Shown: positions 1 to 13,772 of the stretch, in pieces
Layout: the number at the start of each line of letters is the position of its first letter
How positions within the stretch are numbered: position 1 is the stretch's first letter
Assembly: GCA_035221665.1 (NCBI GenBank)
Contig: CM069167.1
Span: 18,166,001-18,230,000 of the forward strand
Direction: 5' to 3'
DNA: 64,000 nucleotides
DNA from: Okamejei kenojei
Taxonomy: Eukaryota
The notes under the pieces: generated by a model
Database searches by the model: none
Seen by the model: only the letters and a program-made list of their open reading frames with translations
Told to the model about the DNA's origin: nothing
Translations under genes and position numbers: made by a program

Positions 1-113
1 TGCCTGTGACAGTGAAGTGAAGTTTACTGCTGGGAGAATGATTTACAGGGGATACTATTGGGGCATGTCATTGCTCTGTGAGCCAGCACAGGCTCAATGG
101 GCCAAATAGCCTC

Positions 114-1232
114 ATAAGATCATAAGTGATGGGAGTAGAATTAGGCCATTTGGCCCATCAAGTCTACTCCGCCATTCAATCATGGCTGATCTATCTCCCC
201 CTCCTAACCCCATTCTCCTGAACTAATTCCCTAGCCTTCTCCCCATAACCTCTGACACCCGTACTAATCAACAATCTATCAATGCCTTAAACATATCCAC
301 TGACTTTGCCTCCACAGCCATATGTGGCAAAGAATTGAACAGATTCACCAAGAGTTGAAGTTGAAGTGAGTTTATTGTCAAGTGTCCCTGATAGGACAAT
401 GACATTCTTGCTTTGCTTCAGCACAACAGAACATAGTAGGCACGGCTACAGAACAGATCAGTGTGTCCATATACCATTATATAAATATATACACATATGA
501 ATAAACAAACTGATCAAGTGCAAATAAACAGATAATGGTTATTAATGATCAGAGTTTTGTTTCAGCCAGGTTTAATAGCCTGATGGCTGTGGGGAAGTAG
601 CTATTCCTGAACCTGGTCGTTGCAGTCCTCAGGGTCCTGTACCTTCTACCTGAAGGTAGCAGGGAGATGAGTGTGTGGCCAGGGTGGTGTGGGTCCCTGA
701 TGATGCTGCCAGCCTTTTTGAGGCAGCGACTGTGGTAGATCCCCTCGATGGAAGGAAGGTCAGAGCCGATGATGGACTGGGCAGTGTTTACTACGTTTGG
801 AGGTCTTTTCCTCTCCAGGGCGCTCAAGTTGCCGAACCAGGCCATGATGCAACTGGTCAGCAAGCTCTCTACTGTGCACCTGTAGAAGTTAGAGAGAGTC
901 CTCCTTGACAGACCGACTCTCCGTAATCTTCTCAGGAAGTAGAGGCGCTGATGAGCTTTCTTAATAATTGCATCTGTGTTCTCGGACCAGGAAAGATCTT
1001 CACAGATGTGCACGCCCAGGAATTTGAAGCTCTTGACCCTTTCAACCATCGACCCGTTGATGTAAAGGGGATTGTGGGTCCCCATCCTACCTCTTGCAAA
1101 GTCCACAATCAGTTCCTTGGTTTTGCTGGTGTTGGGGGCCAGGTTATTGTGCTGGCACCACCCTCTGACTAAAGAAATTCCTCCACATCTCCTTCCTAGA
1201 AGAACACCTTTTAATTCTGAGGCTGACCTCTA
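114..1232 (-). mobile_element. CR1 LINE 3' end, split by a Rex/Babar insertion (pieces 114-350 and 1156-1232)
   Basis: Antisense CR1 3' UTR motifs (ccattcaatcatggctgatcta, cctccacagcc...agattcacca|ccctctgactaaag) shared with many other copies in the window. Confidence 0.8.
351..1155 (-). mobile_element. Rex1/Babar-clade non-LTR retrotransposon, 5'-truncated (RT C-terminus)
   Basis: ORF 549-1106: KKAHQRLYFLRRL...FYRCTVES...HPGHTLISLLPSGRRYR...RFRNSYFPTAIRLLN; (CTTCAA)n-like tail near 352-370; CACCA duplicated at 346-350 and 1156-1160. Confidence 0.85.
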
Positions 1233-1890
1233 GTGGTGGGCGGAGTGACACGAGATGTAGCCATTGGGAGACGGACGTCCTGAGATGTGATTAGTGGACG
1301 TGAAGGCGGTCGGTGCTGCCGTTCACCCTGAGCGTTGCACGGGATCGCTGGGGATGAGTCGTGACTGGTTCCCTTGTGGGCAGGGTCTCGCTGACCACAC
1401 GCCACAAAGAGTCGGTCAAGCCTCAAGGAGGCTGGTAGCTTTATGCCTTGTGCTTAAGTTATCAGAGGTGTAAACATCACCAACAATTCACGCTCGGAAA
1501 CGTCACCCATTCCTTCCCTCCAGAGATGCTGCCTGTCCCACTGAGTTACTGCAGCTTTTAGTGTCTGCCAACAATTCATGTTCCTTGATGTAAATATGTG
1601 ATGGACCGGGCTGCATTCACAATTCTCGGTCATTTCGTGAGGTTGTGGGCAGTGGACCTGTTGCGCCTGCTGAGATGCATCTTGATAGGATGCTGGCATC
1701 TGTAGAAATTGGGAAAGACCATTGGAACCATGCCGAATCTCCCCGGCTGTCTGAGGAAGCCGACGTATCTCGGGAATCTTGCTCCAAGCACCCACCAACC
1801 TCTGTGCAAGCCCTGCCTGTCAGGCCCCCTTTAAACCTTCCCTCTTCATCTTAAACCAACGCTCTCTGATGTTTGGACCGCATTGTGTGC

Positions 1891-2198
1891 GGGGCAGCAC
1901 GGTGGCAGCTTTAGAGTCGCTGCCTCACTGCGCCAGAGATCCTGGTTCAATACTGACTGCGGCTACTGTCTGAGCGGGGTTTGTACGTTCTCCCCGTGAC
2001 CTGAGTGGGTTTTCTCCGAGTGCTCCGATTTCCTCCCACGCTCCAAAGATGTGCAGGTTTGCAGGTTCATTGGTTGGTATCATTGTAAACTGTCCCTAGT
2101 GTGTGTAGGATAGTGCTAGTGTGTGGGGGTCGCTGGTCGGCACAGACTCAGTGGGCCAAAGCGCCTGTTCCCACGCTGTATCTCTAAACTAAACTAAA
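1891..2198 (+). mobile_element. tRNA-derived SINE with CR1-like 3' tail (elasmobranch HE1/SacSINE-like)
   Basis: A-box-like cacggtggc, B-box-like ggttcaatac, tail gggccaaagcgcctgttccc...ctaaactaaactaaa; related pieces at ~5547-6075, 21880-22010(-), 22170-22400, 34011-38686, 57026-57465. Confidence 0.8.
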
Positions 2199-2486
2199 GA
2201 TCAGAACAAGTTGGTGACATTTATTCCTCTGATAATTAAACCAGAAGCCATTGGTTAACATTACTGGCCTCCTTGGCAAAGGAAATGTCCTTTCTGGTTG
2301 TCCCACTCCCTCAATTTTACACAGTGTCTGTCTCCTTTATTCCAAAGTAAATCACCTCAGCACCGCCACTCTCTCACCGCCACACCAAGAATTCTCCAGC
2401 CCTGGCAACATTTCCTGCAATGCCCTCCACGCATGCTCACCTGCACTCGCGTCCTTCCAGCACAGTGAAGCAGACTACCAGTGTAC

Positions 2487-3027
2487 ATTGTGTACAGTTT
2501 TGGTCTCCTAATTTGAGGAAGGACATCCTTGTGATTGAGGCAGTGCCGCGTAGGTTCACGAGATTGATCCCTGGGATGGCGGGACTGGCATATGAGGAAA
2601 GACTAGGCTTGTATTCACTGGAGTTTAGAAGGATGAGTGGAGATCTTATAGAAACATATAAAATTATAAAAGGACTGGACAAGCTAGATGCAGGAAAAAT
2701 GTTCCCAATGTTGGGCGAGTCCAGAACCAGGGGCCACAGTCTTAGAATAAAGGGGAGGCCATTTCACTGGACGAAACATTTTCACCCAGAGGGTTGTGGA
2801 TTTGTGGAATTCCCTGCCACAGAGGGCAGTGGAGGTCAAATCACTGGATGGATTTAAGAGAGAGTTAGATAGAGCTCTAGGGGCTAGTGGAATCAAGGGA
2901 TATGGGGAGAAGGCAGGCACGGGTTATTGATTGGGGACGATCAGCTGTGATCGCAATGAATGGTGGTGCTGACTCGAAGGGCCGAATGGCCTCCTCCTGC
3001 ACCTATTTTCTATCTTTCTATGTTTCT
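2487..3027 (+). mobile_element. CR1 LINE 3' fragment
   Basis: CVQFWSPNLRKDIL...RRFTRLIPGM...LGLYSLEFRRM.GDLIETYKI...RTRGHSLRI; (TTTCTATG)-type tail ending just before a host splice acceptor. Confidence 0.9.
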
Positions 3028-3052
3028 AAATCAGTTATTTTTTTATTTCCAG

Positions 3053-3193
3053 TGCCATGGTCAAGGAGACCATAAACCTAGGAGTTCTACAGATCCACGC
3101 TGCACAAACCAGCGCACGCTTGGCAATGGACGGCCGTATGAGAGATGCACAGGTCACCGCCCTTACCCAGAGGGGACTCATAGAAGATGTACT
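3053..3193 (+). CDS. Internal coding exon A of a putative circularly permuted Ras protein 1-like (VWA-domain) gene
   Basis: ttttatttccag|...|gtgagt; 141 nt, phase 2/2; AMVKETINLGVLQIHAAQTSARLAMDGRMRDAQVTALTQRGLIEDVL; phase-compatible with the next exon. Family call is from recalled similarity only. Confidence 0.75.
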
Positions 3194-3529
3194 GTGAGTG
3201 CCCAACACTGTTCTCCCACTCTGCCGTACCGGGGAATCTCTCCAACATCTGCCTGCCACACTGTACCGGGGCATCCAGCTAACATCTGGCTGGCAGACCT
3301 GACCTGGGACAACCTGCCAACATCTGGCTGGCAGACCCCACCTGGGACAGCCCACATATGGCAGCTCACACATAGAGACATTCAGCATGGAAACAGGCCC
3401 ATCGGATCAATTAGTGCATGGTGATGAAGATGGCTTCTGTTTAAGAAGGAACTGCAGATGCTGGAAAATTGAAGGTAGACAAAAATGCTGGAGAAACTCA
3501 CCCGCTGAGTTTCTCCAGCAAGATGTCAT

Positions 3530-5480
3530 CCTGAGTAGTCTCATTTCCCTGTATTTGGACCATATCCCTCTAAACCCTTTATGTCCATGAACCTGTCCAC
3601 TTGCATTTTAAATGTTGTAATTGAACCCATCTCCACTGCTTCCTCTGGCAGCTTGTTCCATGTATCACCAGCCTGTGTGAAGAAGCTGCCCCTCGGGTCT
3701 TTAAATCTTGCCCCTCTCACCTTAAACCATTGCCTTCTAATTGTAGATCCCTCTACCCTGGGTAATAGACCGACCATCCACCTTATCTAAGCCCCTTGTG
3801 ATTTTATATATCTTCAGGTCATCCCACAGCCTCCTGCACTCCAGTGAAGAAAGACCCAGCCTGTCCAGTCTCTCCTTGTGAATCTTCTCTGCACCCTTGC
3901 TCGTTTCCAACATCCTTCCTATATTACGGCAACGAGAACTGCACACAATATTCTATGTGCCCTCTCGCCAGTGTCTTGTCAAACTGTAACATGATGTCCC
4001 AACCTTTGTACTTTGTGTCCTGACCGATGAAGGCAAACATGCCGCACACTATCGTCACCACCTTGACCACTAGTTTAACTGAGACCACACCTGGAATATC
4101 GTGTGCAGTTTTGGTATCCAAATTTGAGGAAGGACATTCTTGCTATTGAGGGAGTGCAGCGCAGGTTCACGAGGTTAATTCCCGGGATGGCGGGACTGTC
4201 ATATGCTGAGAGAATGGAGAGAGCTGGGCTTGTACACTCTGGAGTTTAGATGGATGAGAGGGGATCTTATTGAAACATATAAGATTATTAAGGGTTTGGA
4301 CAGGTGAGAGGCAGGAAACATGTTCCTGATGTTGGGGGAGTCCAGAACCAGGGGCCATAGTTTAAGAATAAGGAGTAAGCCATTTAGACTTGAGACGAGG
4401 AAACACTTTTTCACACAGAGAGTGATGAGTCTGTGGAATTCTCTGCCTCAGGTGGAGGTCAGTTCTCTGGATACTTTCAAGAGAGAATTAGATAGGGCTC
4501 TTGAAGATAGCGGAGTCAGGGGATATGGGGAGAAGGAAGGAACGGGGTACTGATTGGGGATGGTCAGCCATGATCACATTGAATGGCGCTGCTGTTTTGA
4601 AGGGCCGAATGGCCTACACCTGCACCTATTGTCTTTTGTCTATAACTCGTAGGTCTCTGCAATGCTCCCCGGGCCCCCTAATTACTGTGCATGTCCTGGT
4701 CTAACTTCCCAAATACATCACTTCTTGCGTGTCTGAGTTAAATTCCGTCTGCCGTTCTTTTCCCCACCCGATCTTGATCCTGCTGTAACCTTAGACAACA
4801 ACCTTCACTGTCCACGGTGCCCAATTGTGGTGCCCCTTGTAAACGTACTCATCATGTCACCGATATTTTCATACAACATAGAACAGTAAAGCACAAGGAC
4901 AGGCCCTTTGTGTCACAATGTCCATGCCAGGGCCCAATTGTGACCGCATATGAACCATATCCCACCATTCCCTACATATCCATATGCCTATCCTTTTAAA
5001 TGCCACTAACCTCTCTGCTTCAACCGCCACCCCAGGCAGCGTGTTCCTAGCACCCACCACCCTCTGTGTTTAAAAAAACAAACTTGCCCAGCTCATCTCC
5101 TTTAAACCTTGCCTCTCTCACCTTAAACCTACGCCCTCTAGTATTTGAGTTTTCCATGGTGGGAAAAGGAATCTGACGGTCTATCCTATCATAATTTTTA
5201 TACTGTTTCAGATCTCCCTGCAACCTGACATTTCAGAGAAAACAATCCAAGTCTGTCCAACCCTATAGCTGATTCCCCCTAATCCAGGCATTATTCTGGT
5301 CAACCTCGTCTGCACCGTTTCAAAGCCTCCACATCATTTCTGTAATAGGATGACCAGAATTCCTCACATTACTCCAAATGCAGCCAAACCAAAGTCCTAT
5401 AAAGCTACATCGTTACTTCCTAACTGGTACTCGATGCCGTGACCTATGAAAGCAAGCATACCATATGCCACCTCTACCAC
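3530..5480. mobile_element. Cluster of CR1 3' fragments (3530-4070 -, 4075-4642 +, ~4650-5480 -)
   Basis: Repeated CR1 RT C-terminal peptides (RHIEYCVQF, LECRRL, RTRGHSLRI, FFTQRV..LWNSLP) and 3' UTRs. Confidence 0.85.
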
Positions 5481-6169
5481 CATCCACATCATGAATGTAT
5501 ATGAACACAGGGGGGACCCAGTACTGATCTCTGCAGCATGATGCTCAGTGGCCCAGCAGTAGAGTTGCTGCCCTACAGCGCCAGAGGCCTGGGTTTGATC
5601 CTGACTACGGGTGCTCTCTGTACGGAGTTTGCATGTTCTACCCTTGACAGTGTGGGTTTGCTCCAGTTTCCTCCCACACTCCAAAGATGTTTTTTTCCCC
5701 CGAGTGTATAATGGCTTGTAGCTAGCCCCCTTCAATCTTCTGTTACCTCACCTGTGGCTAAGGAAGGCGTGAGTCAAGACCTCAGCAATTTCTTCCCGAA
5801 CCTCCCACAACCTGCCAGGATACTCTCGGTCAGTCCTTGAGGAATTATCCATCTTTAGGATTTATCTCTCCTTTTGCAATATTCAAATGTTTCAGGATAT
5901 CACTCGCCAGAATTCCCTTACTTCTGTGACCTTCTCCGCATGCAGGTACGTAGGTTAATTGGTTTATGTAAATTGTCCCTAGTGTGTAGGATGTAATTAG
6001 TGTACGGGTAATCGTTGATTGGTACAGAATCGATGGTCCGAAGGGCCTGTTTCCACGCTGTATCTCTAAACTACACTGATCCTCAAGGAGCCCGATTTAC
6101 CCTCTTTAAATGTACATAGAATCTCTTGGGATTCTCCTTTACTCTTCTGGATTAAAGAGTACACTTTGA

Positions 6170-7802
6170 GGAGGTGACAAATGAAGGGCGGTGGAGATGT
6201 GCGTGGCTTTTGCATCAAGAACAATGTCTCAGACGGAGATTAATTATTCACAACTTGATCGAGAAGCCCTCACTATTATGTTTGGCATCAAACACTTCCA
6301 CATACATATTTGGGTGTCCTTTTCAACTCCATACAGTCGAGAAGCCCTGATGAGAGAGACATGCGGCATCCAACAGATGTTATCATCGAGAATGCAATGA
6401 TGGGGATTATCTCTATCTGTTTATTCTTACACCATGAAGTATACCCGGGAAAATAAAATATTGTTGCAGATGCATTGAGCAGACCACCAATTGTTGAGAA
6501 TACTCTGTCTCTGGCCCAGCGTTCCAAACCTGAGAACGTCAGTTTGATGCTGTTCACCTCTTGCAATGCCCAGATGAAACACCAGTCTGGAGTCGCGTCC
6601 TAAGGCAGTGGACAGCCTGCGATCCACACCTGTTACAGGTTAAAGGGGCTCTACAGGTTGGTTGTCCCACCAGCCCTTTAACTGCGGTTCAACCATTTAC
6701 AATCCGTCAACATTATAATGTGGCAGTCGACTACCTGTTCCCCCTCAAGGCCGCGGGAGCATGATGACTAGCACGATGCTCATCCTGGTGTGGATAGAAC
6801 AAAGGCACTGGCGGGAAGCTACACGTGGTGGCCTAAAATTGATAGAGTTATCGAGAATTTGGTAAGCGGTTATTGTTGATGTCCATTCCAAGTGGATCGA
6901 GGCGCTACCTACACAAATGTTGTTCGGCAACTACTGTATCTAAATTATGACCAGTCTTTGCTACATTTGGCATTGTATCCCACAACGGCCCGGCTTTCAC
7001 AAGCTTAGAATTCAAGGAGTGTGTGGAGGAGAATGGTATTGGGCATGATATCACACAGCATTAAATGGGCTTGCTGAGCGTGCAGAGCAAACGGTGAAAC
7101 GAGGCCTCATGAAATAAACGCAAGATGTCTTGATGACAAAATTAAGTTGTTTCCTTTTCCATTATTGGACTACTCCAAATGAATTAACAGGCACATCCCC
7201 CGATTAAGTAAAAGTTAAGTGGCTGAACAAGAACTCTCAGACGGAAGAGTTGTCGGGCGACATCTAGACCATGTACGCGAGCGAACTGACGGAACATCCA
7301 GGGGAGACTGAAGCACCACTGGCGGATGAAGCCATTGCTCAAGCAGGTGAAACAACAAATACAACACCAAGTGATGAAGGGCATGTAAGTCTGCAGACCA
7401 GCTCAGCGGGTGATCAAGATAGAAGATGCGCCCCTGCAGCGGTCCACAAACGTGTATCGACCGGTACCAGGCCATATAACAGTGGGAGTCATTTCACTGT
7501 TTTTCTATGTACAGTTGTATTGATTTTTTTCCTTTTCCCTGCAGTCCACTCCTTGGGAGGGAGGGATGAACCATATTGTGAGCGTGGGCGCCACAACCGC
7601 TCACCAGCCGTGAACGTGCACACCTGCATGCTTGTATATCACACGGTCCATCAACATCAGTGTCCGGAGCGGGTCACCTTGGCGCCACTCTCACGTGTTT
7701 GGTCTCCGCTGGATCTCGCTCGGACACAGCCATGTTTGCCGTGACTCAATAAATTCCGTGTTTCCATGCAGCATGGTCATTCTTGCTCCGCGCACACGTA
7801 AC
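6170..7802 (+). mobile_element. Degenerate Gypsy LTR retrotransposon: RNase H/integrase remnant, PPT and 3' LTR
   Basis: VAFASRTMSQTEINYSQLDREALTIMFGIKHFH (RNase H); VIVDVHSKWIEA, NGPAFTSLEF, NGLAERA (integrase); purine tract gggagggaggga at ~7554-7566 followed by an LTR-like segment containing AATAAA and ending gtaaca at 7802. Confidence 0.8.
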
Positions 7803-10134
7803 ATCTATCTCCATCCTGTACTCTGTCTCTTCATTGCTTGTGATCCGGCTCATCACTGTGGTGTCATCTGCAAACCTGTAGATGCAGTTAGTTCAGCATT
7901 TGGCTGCACAGCCATGAGGGTATAGAGAATGCATCCTTGAGGAAAATATATTGTTTCTCCTCACTGATCGAGGTCTATAATCGGTCAAGACATTAAAGAT
8001 CTAGATGCAGAGGGAGAGCCGAGTCCTGGCTTCAGTAGTTTGCAGATGAGTTTGGATGGGATTGTGGTGTTAAGACAGTTGATAAATAGGAGTCTAACTA
8101 ACGTAGGAGTCCTTGTTGTCCAGGTGTTCCAGAGATGGGTGCAAGGCCAGATAGCTGGTGTGTGTTATGGGTCTGTGGGGCAGTAGGTGAATTCAAGGCT
8201 GTTTGGGAGGCTGGAAATGCTCTTGAAGTCTCTTGCTCTTCATGATGCCGATGTCAGAGGCAGTGACAGTAGTCATTGAGGCACGCTACCTTATTGTTCT
8301 TGGCTGATCATCCAAAATCAGTACTCCGTTCCCGCTTTTCCCCATATCCCTTGATTCCTCTAGCCCTGAGCTAAATCTAACTCTCTCTTGAAAATATACT
8401 GTGAATTGGCCTCCACTGCACTCTGTGGCAGAGAATACCACAGATTCACAACTCTGGAAGAAAAGGTTTATCCGCATCTCAGTCCTAAATGGCCTACACC
8501 TTATTCTTAAACTGTTACCCCTGGTTCTGGACTCCCCCAACATGGGGAAACATTTTTCCCACATCTAGCCTGCCAATCCTTTAAGAATTTTATGTTTCTA
8601 TAAGTTCCCCTCTCATCCTTCTAAATTCCAGTGAATACACCTTAAAGCAGGGTTTATGTATATGGGAGCACAGGGTAACGTGGTGGCTACACTGTACCAT
8701 GAAAAATGCTGAGTTACTCCTGCATTTTGTGTCTATCTTCGGTTTAAACCAGCATCTGCAGTTCCTTCCTACACGTCTCTGGAGAAAAGACTGAAGAAGG
8801 GTCTCATCCATTCAGTTAGATTTAGCTCAGGGCTAGCGGAATCAAGGGATATGGGGAAAGAAGGGTCACCCATTCCTTCTCTCCAGAGATGCCACCCATT
8901 GCCTGTCCCGCTGAGTTACTGCAGCATGTTGTGTCTAAGCTGTCAATATGATCCAGTCCCATATCTCTCTAAACCTTTGCTATCCAGATATCTGTCTGAA
9001 TGTCTTTAAAAGCCATAATTATATTTGCTTCTATGGCTTCCTCTGGCAGCTCGTTCCAGGTACAAAATACCCTCAGAGTTGCTCCTGAGGTCACTCTTAA
9101 ATCTCTCCCCTCTCTCCTTAAACCCGTGTCCTCTAGTTATTGTATCCTCTATCCTGGCCAATGGTCTTAATGTTCACTTTATCCATGCCCCTCATGATCC
9201 TATTCTCCAAAAATAAAAGCCCCAGCCTATGTAACCTGTCCTTACAACTCAAGCTAGCAAGCCCAGGCAACAAGCTGGTGAATCTCTTCCTCACCCGTTC
9301 CAGCTTAATGACATCTTTCCTGTAGATGGGTGACCAGACCAGTTTTACAAATGTGGTCTCACCAATGACACAGCTGTATTTTAATGTCCCTATTTTTGGG
9401 CTTAATATCTTTCCAATTAAATCAAGCTGCTAACTGGCTTCTTCAACATATTGTGCACCTGACTCCCCACTTCAGAGAAGGAATTGGTGACGTTTTGGGT
9501 CGAGACCCTTCCTCAGACGTCACCCATTCCTTCTCTCCAGAGATGCTGCCTGTCCCGCTGAGTTACTCCAGCATTTTGTGTCTATCTGCGCCTGTACTCA
9601 CAGACCTCTGGGTCCAGCAGAATCCCCAAGGCCCTGTCCTTCACTGTGTAAATCGTGCCCCGCAGTAGTCCGCAACAAGAGAGAGTTAGATTTAGCTCTT
9701 AGAGTTAACGGAATAAAGAGATATGGGGAGAAAGCAGGAACGGGGGACTGATTTTGGATGATCAGCCATGACCATATTGAATGGCGGTGCTGGCTCGAAG
9801 GGCCGAATGGCCTACTCCTGCACCTATTTTCTATGTAACCTCTGCTGACATCTCCCCTGCACGTTAACCTGACACAGAGGACCCGGAGGTGAGTCTCGTG
9901 ATGGGGATGAGCATTGGGATGTCAGAACTGCAAAAGCAGCCTGTAAGTTTGTTTTGGTATTTGCAACGCCTGGTGTGGGATGTGAACTCCCTCACAGCTT
10001 TCCCTCACCAGGACTGGTTTCAGAGTGATCCCAGGGCCAAACCCATCTCCTGTGATCACCACCACCAGTGTTGGGGCGATTCCCCCAGGCCAGTCTCAGC
10101 TCCACAACACTCAAACATTTCTATTTCTCCACAG

Positions 10135-10228
10135 ATCCGAAAGGAATGACGTGGAGCAGGAGGCGATCTACGAAAGCTGGGCGCAGTCCATGAACCCGAT
10201 CTACAGTGGCCTCAGTCACCTCTCGCAG
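10135..10228 (+). CDS. Coding exon B of the CPRas1-like gene
   Basis: ctatttctccacag|...|gtaagc; 94 nt, phase 2/0; SERNDVEQEAIYESWAQSMNPIYSGLSHLSQ continues exon A in frame. Confidence 0.8.
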
Positions 10229-10618
10229 GTAAGCAGACCCAGCATTCTCTTCTTTCACTCAGCAGTGGTGAGCCGAGCCCATCCCAACCAGTCTCACTGA
10301 CCACCGCTGGTGGGGAACGGGGTGCACAAGAACTCTTGAGGGACGGGATTAATCTTCACCTGGATTGATCAATATATCAGCACAGATTTAGAACACAAAA
10401 CAGTATAGGACGGGAACAGGCCCTTTGGCCACAATGTCCAGTAAACTAAGCTCCTCTGCCTGATCATCATCCATATCCCTCTATTCCCTGGATATCAGCG
10501 TCTATCCAAACGCCCCTTAAAAACCTCCACCGCGAGCGCGTCACTCACCCCCATCGCGACCGCGAGCCCCTCACCAAACCAACGTCCACTACACACTGAT
10601 ATCCTCTCCCCTCTCCAG

Positions 10619-10945
10619 CCGTGTTCTCAGCTCCATGGTGATAAGAAATGCCAGAAACAAATGTGGATCTAAACAAAAGATAGACACAAAAAGCTGGAGT
10701 AACTCAGCGGGACAGGCAGCATCTCTGGAGAGAAGGAATGGGTGATGTTTTGGTTCGAGACCATTCTTCAGACTGGCTGAAGCTTATTGTTACTCCAGCT
10801 TTTTGTGTCTATCTTCGGTTTAAACCAGCATCTGCAGCTCCGTCCTGCACATGGATCTAAACAAACTTCCTCCTCCAGCAGAAGCGGACGGCACCGCTGT
10901 GTATGAAGCAGTGGGCTCCAAAAAAGGAGCAGACTCAGTGGGAAG
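10619..10945 (+). CDS. Probable coding exon C of the CPRas1-like gene, interrupted by a TE insert (10678-10865)
   Basis: ctctcccctctccag|...GAAG|gtaagc. Removing the insert and adding 1 nt in an A-run gives PCSQLHGDKKMPETNVDLNKLPPPAEADGTAVYEAVGSKKGADSVG, ending in phase 2 to match exon D. Confidence 0.55.
10678..10851. mobile_element. Head-to-head (hairpin) Penelope-like tail insertion
   Basis: 14-bp TSD tggatctaaacaaa (10664-10677, 10852-10865); internal 26-bp inverted repeat agatagacacaaaaagctggagtaac / gttactccagctttttgtgtctatct; degenerate hammerhead core. Confidence 0.8.
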
Positions 10946-12757
10946 GTAAGCGAGTGCTGTGTGTTTAACGGTGGAGCCAGCATGGCACAGAGTGTTTGAT
11001 ATTGTTGGACGTATTTATGCTGGAATGTCGCTGTCCCAGGCAGTATAGGCATTTGCCCTCAAGCAGCCCAATATGGCTGATCTTCTGCCCCATCCTCGTG
11101 CACGGACTCTGTTGGTTCAGTGATGACCCGCCTTCAGGAGACAAAAAGGTCAGCTAGCTTGTGTTGAGAGTAGTCACCAGAACATTTCCTTGTATGTCGA
11201 GCGTGTAGGTGCCACTCGGTGCAAGTGTTGCTGACGACACAAAGATTGGTGGAGCAGTTAGCAAAGTAAGGATACTGAGGGACATGATCGGTGCAGAGGC
11301 AGATGGAGACAATAGGGGCTAGCTTGGATAGGTCAGCAGTTGGGCTAAAAAGTGCCTGCCTTCCTCTAAATATGTGCATTTTGGGGATGATACTGTACAC
11401 AGAGTAGATAACAGGGAGCCCGGCATGTTCACAGAAAATGGTGACACAGGTAGTTAGGGTGGAATCGAGTGTAAGATTTTGTAGTATTTGTCTTCCAACC
11501 CACAGGAGAGAGACAGAGGAAATTCACCAGGATGTCCCGAAAATGGAAGGCTGTAGTTATAGATTGGAAAGGCAGGGTTTATTCTTACTGGGATGTAGGA
11601 GGCTCTATGATAATTGAAATGATTAGATTAGGGGGATAGTCTTTCTCCGAAGTTGTGGAGTCTAAAGCTGGAGGGGGATGAGGGGGGGGGGCGGGGGGGA
11701 GGGGAGGGGATTTAGAGGAGATCTGAGTGGTATGTTATTCACAGGATGGTGGGTATATGGAATGAGCTGACAGAGGACAGCAATTACATTTTGAAGATAT
11801 TTAGACAGGTACTTGATAGGAAAGGAGAAAAGGGATATGGGACTAATGCAGGCAAATAGTGTAGATAGGCATCACAGTCAGCATGGATGAGTTGGGCTGA
11901 AGGCCTGCTTGTGTGCTGTGTACAGCTCTGACTATAATTCATCCACGAGGTGTGGGTTTAAACACAGTACATTGAAGTTTGAACATTCGGACATCACTTT
12001 CTTCCACACTATGACCCTGTTTCCTGCTCGCCATTGTATTGCTCCCTGTTCCACACTCCCCTTCCACAGTTTGTTTCTCTCCTGTCTGACCCCCTGTTCC
12101 GGTTCCCATTCCCTGCCCAACCCTCTCCTGAAGTTTGAGCAAAGCCGTCCTTCGAGGACCTTGATCCCAGCTCCCAGTGTTGAGGTGTAACGTATCCAAC
12201 TTGCACAGATCTCGTCTGTGCCAGAAACATTTACAAAGTCTCAGAAACCCAACACTCAGCTTCCTGCACCAACTACAGCCACTCATTCAGTTGCCCTGCC
12301 CTCCTATATCCAGACATGTTGGCGAGCAGCACTGGTACCATCCATGCAATATCATCTTTACAGTTCATCATAGAGTCAAGCAGCACAGAAATGGCCCTTT
12401 GGTCCTGGATAAAGTGGATGTGGAGAGGATGTTTCCACTAGTGGGAGAGTTTAGGGACCAGAGGCCATAGCCTCAGAATAAAAAGTACTTTACCTTTCGA
12501 AAGGAGATGAGAAGGAATTTCTTTAGTCAGAGGGTGGTGAATCTGAGGAATTCATTTGGCTGTGGTGGATTTTTTTTCTGATTGACAGATTTTGGTGTAT
12601 CAGAGGTTATGGGGCAAAGGCAAGAGAATGGGGTTGAGAGGGAAAGATTCAGCCATGATTGAATGGCAGAGTAGACTTGATGGCCGAAGACCTAATTCTA
12701 CTGCTAGAACTTGTCCGTGAGGCCCCATCTAACATGAGTTTTGATCTTTCCTATGTA

Positions 12758-13438
12758 CTGTTGCAAAAAGTATTCACCCCTTGAACTTTCCACATTTTGT
12801 TACGCAGTGGCGCATAATTGTGAAGTGGATGGAAAATGATACATGGTTTTCAAAATCTTTTTACAAAGAAAAACTGAAAATGGCATGCTCAGTTCTCTGA
12901 TCTCCAGTGCAACCAATTGCTCAGGTCACCTAATTAGTTAGTCAACTGTAATCTAATCTCAGTATAAATACAGCTGTTCTGTGAAGGCCTCAGAGGTTAT
13001 CATGTAGCCCAAGGAACACACCAGAGGTCAGAAGGCTTTATAAAAAAATATCTCAAGAACGTCTCACGGAGGAAAAGGTATGGTACTACCAAAGGACTTG
13101 GCCGTCCACCTAAACTAGAGGGAAAGAGTTTGACAAAGCCATTAGATCAGCCATGCTGTGGGATGCTTTTCTTCAGCAGGGACTGGTATCTGGTCAGAGT
13201 TGATGGGAAGAGTCTGCAAAAGACTTGGACTGAGGGCCCAGTTGAGATAGGCCGAAGGCGCAAAGCTGTAGAGACATACCCCAAAGACTTGCTAGCCAAA
13301 TGTATTTTGAATACTGGCTTGTCCATGCCAACTTCACAATTATGCACCACTTTTGTTGGTCTTTCACATAAAATCCCAATAAAAAACAATTTACGTTTGG
13401 GTTGTAGACCAAGGGGTAGGAATACTTTTTAGCCGCTG
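12758..13438 (+). mobile_element. Heavily deleted Tc1/mariner DNA transposon
   Basis: TA-flanked ends ctgttgcaaaaagtattcacccc / ggggtaggaatactttttagccgctg; Tc1-like fragments (ggccgtccacctaaact, tggtcagagttgatgggaag, gtagagacataccccaaaagactt). Confidence 0.75.
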
Positions 13439-13720
13439 TATATACCTGACCAAATGTATTTTTAAACAATTCTGCTCTGGTTAACTGCTGCCTCCGTGGC
13501 TGTTATGTTATTCCTTTCCACCTCTGTCACTGTGATCTTTGGCTGTTCGCGCCCCCACCCCCAATGTCCTGCTGCCAACCAGCGACACCCTGGACCCTCC
13601 CACCAGAGATGTGACCTGTCATCCAGATATCGCCCCCTCAGCTGTCGAGTCCCTGTCACTAGTTCTCACCGCTCTGCCTCCCCTGATGTGTATCTGAGCC
13701 GTTGCCGGCTCTCCCTGCAG

Positions 13721-13772
13721 AGCTGCGAAGAGCCATGGCCGCTGGGCCCGCTGCTGTACTGCCACTCTTGCG
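13721..13772 (+). CDS. Probable short coding exon D of the CPRas1-like gene
   Basis: ctctccctgcag|...|gtaaca; 52 nt; read in phase 2 it gives (R)AAKSHGRWARCCTATLA and ends in phase 0, matching the acceptor at 15324. Confidence 0.55.

Noticed and set aside
1891-1975. tRNA-like A/B boxes
   Set aside because: SINE head with no complete cloverleaf, so not a tRNA gene
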